Shown piece by piece: positions 1-7,200 of a DNA stretch of 12,752 bases. The stretch's first letter is position 1, and every line of letters starts with the position of its first letter. The notes beneath the pieces are model-generated. The model ran no database searches and was not told the DNA's origin. It worked only from the letters and a program-made list of their open reading frames with translations. Source of the DNA: Fibrobacterota bacterium (lineage in GTDB: Bacteria; Fibrobacterota; Fibrobacteria; UBA11236). The stretch spans positions 1 through 12,752 of the forward strand of contig JAYUVP010000137.1 of NCBI GenBank assembly GCA_043753995.1, given 5' to 3'. Both the position numbers and the translations under genes were made by a program.

Positions 1-1051
1 CCTCATCCTCCACCAAGAGATATTCATGCGGCCGATCTTCGCCGGCGAAAAGGCTGCCCTGCATGCCCACATCATTCGCAGCGGAAGGCTCCGAGGCAGG
101 CGGCTTTGCCGACGCAGTCTCCGGCGGCTTTGCTCTCGCAGTCCCAGTTTCAACCGGACTTGCCGCCTTGGCCTTCTCCTCCTTTACCACCGGCAACATT
201 TTCCCCAGACTTGGCATTTGATAGCGTTCCAAGAAAGCCTTTACCCGCTCCACATCTAAGCCTTGGTTGATCAAGTCGTCGAGGCCGATCGGTAAGCTTA
301 GCTGGGTATGCAAGGTGACAAGTTTTTTACTGAGAAAGGCATTCTCGCGGTCGCGTTCCAAATTCTCACGCAGCTTGACCTTGGTGATTTCGGCAAGTCG
401 CTCGTAAATGGCTTCCAGCGATCCAAATTGAGCGAGCAAGGCTGCTGCCCCTTTTTCGCCTATGCCCTTGACACCGGGAACATTGTCCGAAGCATCACCC
501 AGAAGGGAAAGAAAATCGACAATGAGTTCCGGGCCCACCCCCCATTTAGTGCGCACGTCCTCGACACCAATCACAACGGCCTGCTGACCTTGCTTACCGG
601 CCTCGAAAAGGAAAACCTTGGGCCCAACCATTTGCATCAAATCTTTGTCGCGAGTCACCAAATAGGTTTCAAAATCCTTGGCCTGCGCCTGAACCGCAAG
701 GGTGGCCATGACATCATCGGCTTCATAGCCAGGAAGGGAAACAGTGCGTAATCCGCAATGCTCGACAAAATCATCAATGAGCGGTAATTGGGTGGCCAAG
801 CTATCCGGCATGGGCTTGCGCTGGGCCTTATACTCACTATAGGCCTCGTGACGCCAAGTTGGACCTTTGAGGTCCTTGACGAAAGCAATGTGGGTGGGTT
901 TGCGATCCTGAATCAGGCGCAAAATGGTGGAAACAAAGCCGAAAACCGCCGAGGTCTCCAAGCCTTCGGTGGTTTTCAGGGGATTATGAATGAAGGCAAA
1001 AAAACTGCGGTAGGCTAAAGCCGAAACATCGATGAGATAAAGCGAAGACAT
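1..1051 (-). CDS. polA: DNA polymerase I, N-terminal part (5'-3' exonuclease domain plus linker); runs off the left edge of the window
   Basis: Manual translation from ATG at 1051 is open to base 2 (350 codons): MSSLYLIDVSALAYRSFFAF..NPLKTTEGLETSAVFGF..RHEAYSEYKAQRKPMPDSL..QLP..PGYEADDVMATLA..VTRDKDLMQMV..LLGDASDNVPGVKGIGEKGAAALLAQFGSLEAIY..AFLSKKLVTL. These are the canonical Pol I 5'-nuclease and helix-hairpin-helix motifs. The frame continues past the domain end, which favours full Pol I over a stand-alone 5'-3' exonuclease. Confidence 0.95.
   Translation of the reverse strand, partial: MSSLYLIDVSALAYRSFFAFIHNPLKTTEGLETSAVFGFVSTILRLIQDRKPTHIAFVKDLKGPTWRHEAYSEYKAQRKPMPDSLATQLPLIDDFVEHCGLRTVSLPGYEADDVMATLAVQAQAKDFETYLVTRDKDLMQMVGPKVFLFEAGKQGQQAVVIGVEDVRTKWGVGPELIVDFLSLLGDASDNVPGVKGIGEKGAAALLAQFGSLEAIYERLAEITKVKLRENLERDRENAFLSKKLVTLHTQLSLPIGLDDLINQGLDVERVKAFLERYQMPSLGKMLPVVKEEKAKAASPVETGTARAKPPETASAKPPASEPSAANDVGMQGSLFAGEDRPHEYLLVEDE
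99..143. repeat. Imperfect in-frame tandem duplication (period 24 bp) in the PolA interdomain linker
   Basis: ggcggctttgccgacgcagtc (99-119) versus ggcggctttgctctcgcagtc (123-143), 18/21 identical; encodes TARAKPPE / TASAKPPA. Confidence 0.75.
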
Positions 1052-1166
1052 GGGGTAAAAGGTGTTTGCTCAACGCCTTGAGGTCAAAGAAAAGCGCGAG
1101 CTAAATGGTAAGAGTACGGTGCTGTTTACCAACACCTCGGTTTTCAAGGGATTTTCAGGGGAGGCC

Positions 1167-1193
1167 AGCCGCCCGAAGGACTCGGATGCGGCT
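1167..1193 (-). terminator. GC-rich stem-loop just downstream of the protease stop codon; possible weak terminator or mRNA-stabilising hairpin
   Basis: Minus strand reads AGCCGC-AT-CCGA-GTCCT-TCGG-GCGGCT (6-bp plus 4-bp stem with a 2-nt bulge), 17 nt after the TAG. No U-tract follows, so it is not a classical intrinsic terminator. Confidence 0.35.
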
Positions 1194-1210
1194 TGAATCC
1201 TTAATCGCCG

Positions 1211-4200
1211 CTATTTCAAATACAGGGTATAGCGGCTTCCTCGCGCCAAGCCTCGAACTTCACCACCCGCCGTGATATTCCATAGGGAATATCGGCTGCC
1301 CGATGCCACTGGCAAAGCCGCCGGCCCGACATGCAAAATCCGGGAAATACCACCCACCGAGGCGCCTACGGTTAAAGTGACGGGGATGGAAACGGAGGCT
1401 TGATTAGGATTATTGTGATTTAAAATCATGGTCTGGGAATAAACACCCGCTGGAATTTCCGCGGCGCTTAAGGTCAAAGCCACGGATTGCGTGCCACCCG
1501 GCTGAACCGTACCGCTAAGAATCGAGGCATGCAGCCAGTCCGGACGGCGATTGAAGCGGATGGCCAAGTTGTTTTTCAAGTACGCGGTATTGTACTGGAC
1601 ATTCAAGCCAATGGTCGCGGTACCGTTCTGAATTCCGGTAGTGGAACTGAGCACGTTGCCCGTCAGGTTCTGGTAATACATGAAAATGGTGCCATTAGAA
1701 TGCAATACCATTTGAAAAGTAACGGTGCCACTCCCGCTATAAAAGGCAACAGTCTGGAATTGAATAATCGCGCTATCTCCAAAGTCTTGGAAATAAATAT
1801 CGCCCGTTGCACTGGGTAAAAGGTCATCGAAAAAGGCCGAGACAAGATTAGTCGGCATGCTCGTGGAGGGCAGTGGGTAATTCCCCAAGTTCGAAGAACC
1901 TGTTCCAAAAGTCAAATAACCGTTGGAGGAAACGTATAGGGAATTAAAGGAGGCGCCATAGAAGGGAAAGGCAAAACTCAATCCCTGAGCCTGAAAACAA
2001 TCATCGCAGGAGGAAATTGACGACATCAAGGTTCCCGTGGTGCGTATGTCATTCCATTGAAAAGTGGGTCCGCCGCTTTGATCCGAATCGGTCCAGCGAT
2101 AACCATAAGCATCCGGACCCCCTGTGGCTTGGGTCACCGGATGGCCAATGCGATTATCGATTTCGCCTTTTTCCATTGGGACAAAGTGAGTAGCGTCATA
2201 GGGCGCGGAGGGGACGAATCCAGCATCCACACCCGTGATTTGCCAATTCAAAACCGTGCCGCCGGTATTCCCAATATCCAGGTCGACCGTGGTCGACTGA
2301 CCGGGATTCAATGTCCTGGATACACTGGGGGGATTTACGGTCGCAAAGGGTGGTATCGCCCCATTTCCTATGAATGCTACGGTCTGTATGGCATTCTCGT
2401 CCGCATTCGAAGTCAGGGTCAAGGTCGCATTCGCCGAGCCCGTACTCGTTGGACGGAAAGACGCCACCACGGTCACCTCACCGAAGGCGGGAATGGTCAT
2501 GGGCAGAGTCCCCACTACGGTAAAGGCCGCGTGATTACTGGTAATGCTGCTGACGGTGGTGACGTCATTACAAGTATTCTGCAAGGTCAGGGTGGTTTGC
2601 CCGGTGCCACCGACAAATACGGTGCCAAAATCGAAAGAAGTGGGCGTTACGGTTAAGGATCGGCATCCATAAATATTCGCTGTAACCGTAATAGGTATTT
2701 CAGCGTGGCCAGGGTCATTAGTTGCAACGCGCACTACTCCGGTCCAAGCTCCAGCCGCTAGGCCCGCAGGATTCACCGTTATGGTAAGTGGCTGGGAGCC
2801 GCCCGGCGTCACCGTGCCGGGGGCCATGGGTGCTGCCGATAGCCAACTGGGACCGGCATCTGCCAAGGCTGCGGCCACATTGAGCCGTCCCCCCGTCAGA
2901 GTACGACCGGTTAATGAGGCAATCGGATCGACCGAACCCAGCAAAATCCCTTTGACCTGGACTGCCGTCAGCATGGGATTCATTGTCCAAACCAAGTAGG
3001 CCGCACCGGAGACATGGGGTGTCGCCATCGAGGTTCCGGAAAGGTTTTGATAAGCATTACCCGGGGCACAGCTATAAGTTTCGACACCGGGAGCACCGAG
3101 GTCTACGGAGAGGGCTCCATAATTCGAGAAGGAAGCCAGCAAATCATTGCGGTCGGTAGCGGCGACGGCAATGATATTGTCCAAATCATAGCTTGATGGA
3201 TAATTGGCAGAAGCATCTGTATTGGACCCATTATTTCCCGCCGCGGCGATAAACAAATGGCCCATATCCCGGCCTTCGGCAATCAAGTCATAAAGACTTT
3301 GGGAAAAAGGTCCGCCACCCCAGCTATTGCTTGTTATGCGCATATCCATGGCATTTGAATAATCCACCGCATTCAATATCGCCGCATCCGTAGTTGAACC
3401 TGCGGAATTGAAAATTTTCAGGCCCGCGATATTGGCTGTCCAAGCGACACCCGCGACGCCTATGCCATTATTGCCCACGCCACCAATGGTACCCGCGCAA
3501 TGCGTTCCATGATAGTGGTCATCCATAGGATTGCCATCGACATTGATAAAGTCATATCCGTGGATGTCATCGATATAGCCATTGCCATCATCATCCACAC
3601 CGGTAGTACCCGTGCTTTCCGCGGCATTGGTCCAGGTATTCCCGGCTAAATCGGGGTGTAGATAATCAATTCCTGTATCTATGAGCCCCAATACCAAGGA
3701 CTTGTTTCCGGTATGGCGATCCCAAGCTTCGGGGGCGTCGATATCGGCGTCCACGAGACCGCTGACTTGTCCCACATTATGCATGCCGTACAAATTGCCG
3801 AATGCCGCGTCATTGGGAATGGCCACGAGTTTACGCACATAATTCGGCTCGGCATATTCCACATTGGGATCCGCTTTCAATTGGGCTATGGCATTCGCCA
3901 GAGAATAGCCCAAGGCCGTCTCCATTTTCACCAGCAATAGTTTTCGGCCCACATGGGACCGAAGTCCACTGCGGGGGGTTTTCGCAATGGCCAATTCCTG
4001 CACGTCCTGAGTGCCCAGGGTAGTGAGTACACCTTGGTTTGCAAAATTTTGCCGTCCCATTTTAAGAGCGACAATCACCTGACCCGGTGCGTATTCCTGA
4101 GAATAATTGGCGGCATTATAAATTTTCGCAAAATCAGGGGTGACCGGCGCAGTCAAAACCGAGGCACGAATCAAAGGCGATCCCGTTTGATCGACTCCCG

Positions 4201-7200
4201 CAATTTGATATTGCAAGATATCGCCACCGCTATTCGCCAAGGTGGCCGTGAGATCCGCCGGGGCATCCGTGGGAGCAAGGTTAAAGGTCAGGGCGGAGGG
4301 TGTGATGCTCGCCAGCGGAGGAAGAGCACCGGTTCCGGAAAGGGAAATGGTGATGGACGGATTGTCCGCCGCATTGCTAGTGACGACGAGAGTTCCCGTC
4401 GCGGAGGTCGTTTGAATCGGTGAGAATATCACATTCGCCGTCACCGATCCAAAAGGCGGAATGGTCAAAGGCAAGGTCGTTGACGCAACGAACCGCGCGT
4501 GATCCGAAGCAATAGATGTGATAATTGTCGCCTCACTACCCGAATTATTGAAGGTCAAGGTCCGTGAGACCGAAGTGCCTGTCCAAACATTTCCAAATTC
4601 TAAGGCAGAAGGAGTCGCCGAGAGCCGCCGAACACCGACCACGGTGAATTCAATGGGTAAGGGCGACCCGGCTGGGGGCGCAAGGGGATCGTTACTCTTG
4701 ACCATCAAGTTGGTATTGTAGACACCACCGAATATCCCTGTCGAATTCAGAGTTAAAACAATATTTTGACTCAATCCGGGACCAATGGTTCCCGAGCCAG
4801 GGGCCACAGTCAACCAATTGGGCAGAGTTCCCGAATTCGTTTGTCCTGGGTTCACTTGGTATTCGGAAGGAGTACTACTTGTCGCCCAACCCGTAAGATT
4901 ATCCGTGTCCACATTCTGGCTACGATAGGCGCTGAATAATCCAAACTCAACGCCAGTACCTGACCAAGCCGTCCCTGTAGGCGGGTTTTGCGTTGAACCC
5001 GTTGTCCTTACGAAATCGACTCCTATACCCTGCGCATTCACCAAGGCCACCGACACCGTGCTGCTTTCTACCCAACCAATATTTCCACCGGCATAAAAAG
5101 TGGAGTCATCGGCCGTTCCTGTGAATTCTCTAACAACAACCCTTCGCCCCGTTCGAAGCACATAGCCCGAGGGAAAGGTGAAACTCAAGACTTGAGAGCC
5201 GGCATTATCCACCCAGGACAAAACCCAGCCGGCGATATTTTGATCGGCACCACGATTCCAAAGTTCGATAAAGTCGGGATTATTGCAGAATTCATTGATT
5301 AAAATGCGACCGCCTCCCGCACCTTCCAGAGTGAAGGTGAGATCCGCACCGCCAGTATTTCGGATCTCCAGATTCTCGGTGTCGATGCCACCCGCATTCA
5401 CCGTGCTGCTTATCGACGTGGGATTCAGGGCAATTCCCGGCGCCGCAGTTCCAATGCCCGACATCGCGATGGCAATCGTGGCATTATCCTCCGCATTGCT
5501 ATTCACCGTAAGGGTTCCGGCTTGCGATCCAAGAGTCATTGGGGTGAACGCCACTTGAAGGGTAATAGACTGACCGCCTGAAATAGAAGTCGGAGCCGTC
5601 CCCACTATTGCGAAAGCCGAATTGCTTGATATAATGGATGTAATGGTTGTGATTTCATCCCCGCCATTGGTCAAGGTCACGGAAAGCGGAGTCGTTGATC
5701 CCACCCAATGATTACCGAAAGCCAAGGCCGAAGGAGTAGCCGACAAACGGCGAAAGCCATCCACCGCGAATGAGACTGGGATGACAAAGGGATTTGCGAT
5801 TCCTGGAACATTATGACTGAGTTCCACCGAGCCGGTATAGGACCCGCCTGAGATTTGCGTTGCATCCAAGGTTACCGGCACATTAGCTGTTAAACCTTGT
5901 GCCACTCGAATGGGTACACCATCACCGGTAACGCTTAACCAGGTTCCACCCGCAACATGGTCTAATGCATTGCCTAACTGTCGAAAAACCGAATTACTGA
6001 AATAACCCGGGTAGGGATAGATATTTAGGCTCACTATGGGCCTTGAGGGATTATAGGCTCCGACTAAATAACCATTGTTAAAAGCTCCAAGCGATAGACC
6101 GGTCCCCTGAGGAGCCGTACTTACCGTGAATAGATTCGACGTGATCGGCAATACGCCTTGGTTGATGGGATGATTGGCAAGCGAAACGCTGGTTGCCGTT
6201 CCCGTGGTATAGGTCGTGAGGGCAATAGGTGCGTAGGCAGAAGTGATAATACGGCCTTGCAAAGCCCAAGCGCCGCCTGTATAGAATGTCGCGCCCAGGA
6301 GGATGACCCCTCCGCCCGCGTCCACATAATCGGCAAGCACATCCCCAACACCAATGGGCGACAACCAGCTTGTACCGGACTCTACGATGACAGCATCATA
6401 AGCTTGAAGTTGAGCCAAGGTGGGAGTGGCGGTCGAACCTTCAAATTCGGCTAGGCTGCTTACATTCGGCAGGGCACGAATACCGTCCTCAAAGGCTGAG
6501 AAGTAATCTCCGGCTCTGAGCACCAAAATATCCAATGGCCCCGCTTGGGGTCGCGCCAAGCCTTGGTTTTGCACTCCACGCGGTGTGAATACCAGATCGG
6601 CAATTCCGGTATTGGTCACGGTCAAGGAAGCGGTTACCGTCCCGCCTACCACGGTCGAACCACTGATATTCGTCGGCGCAACTAAAATGCCCGCCGGTGC
6701 GGTTCCGACACCCGAGAAACTGACAGTAAGGGAGGGATTATCATCGGCATTGCTGGCGATGATTACTTGACCCGAATGGCCGCCTTGGTTCGGGGGTATA
6801 AAGCGTATGGGGACTTGCACCGTGGCCCCTCCCGCCACGGTAAGCGGGAAGGTTACCGAGGTGGAAAAGGCCGCGTTATTAAAGGTGAAAGACGTTACCG
6901 TCGTTGCATTCGCGCCACTATTGCTCAAGCTGATATTCAAAATGGCCGTTGACCCGGCGCCCACATTACCGAAATTAAGGCTATTGGGCGATACGGCAAG
7001 ATTATTCACCTGCTCCAATACGCCGCAAGCCGTCCAAACATCGCGCACGGTTTGGGCATTGAAGCCCAAGGTGGTGGCTGCTAAAATCCAAGCCTCGCGA
7101 GCATCCCGGTATTGTGAATTACTGGTCAATAAATACCGGTTTGCATAAAGGGCAATAGCCGCCGCCGCTTGATTCCCAAGCCCGGTGATATTGTAAGGGT

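Noticed and set aside
26..1018. ORF-track entries 26-259(+), 308-751(+), 655-888(-) and 788-1018(+)
   Set aside because: They are antisense or off-frame shadows of polA, which occupies this region on the minus strand with clear family motifs.
2845..4203. Intein or mobile insertion as an explanation for the in-frame inserts in the protease
   Set aside because: No intein termini (N-terminal Cys/Ser block, C-terminal His-Asn) or homing-endonuclease motifs are evident; the inserts are ordinary extracellular domains.
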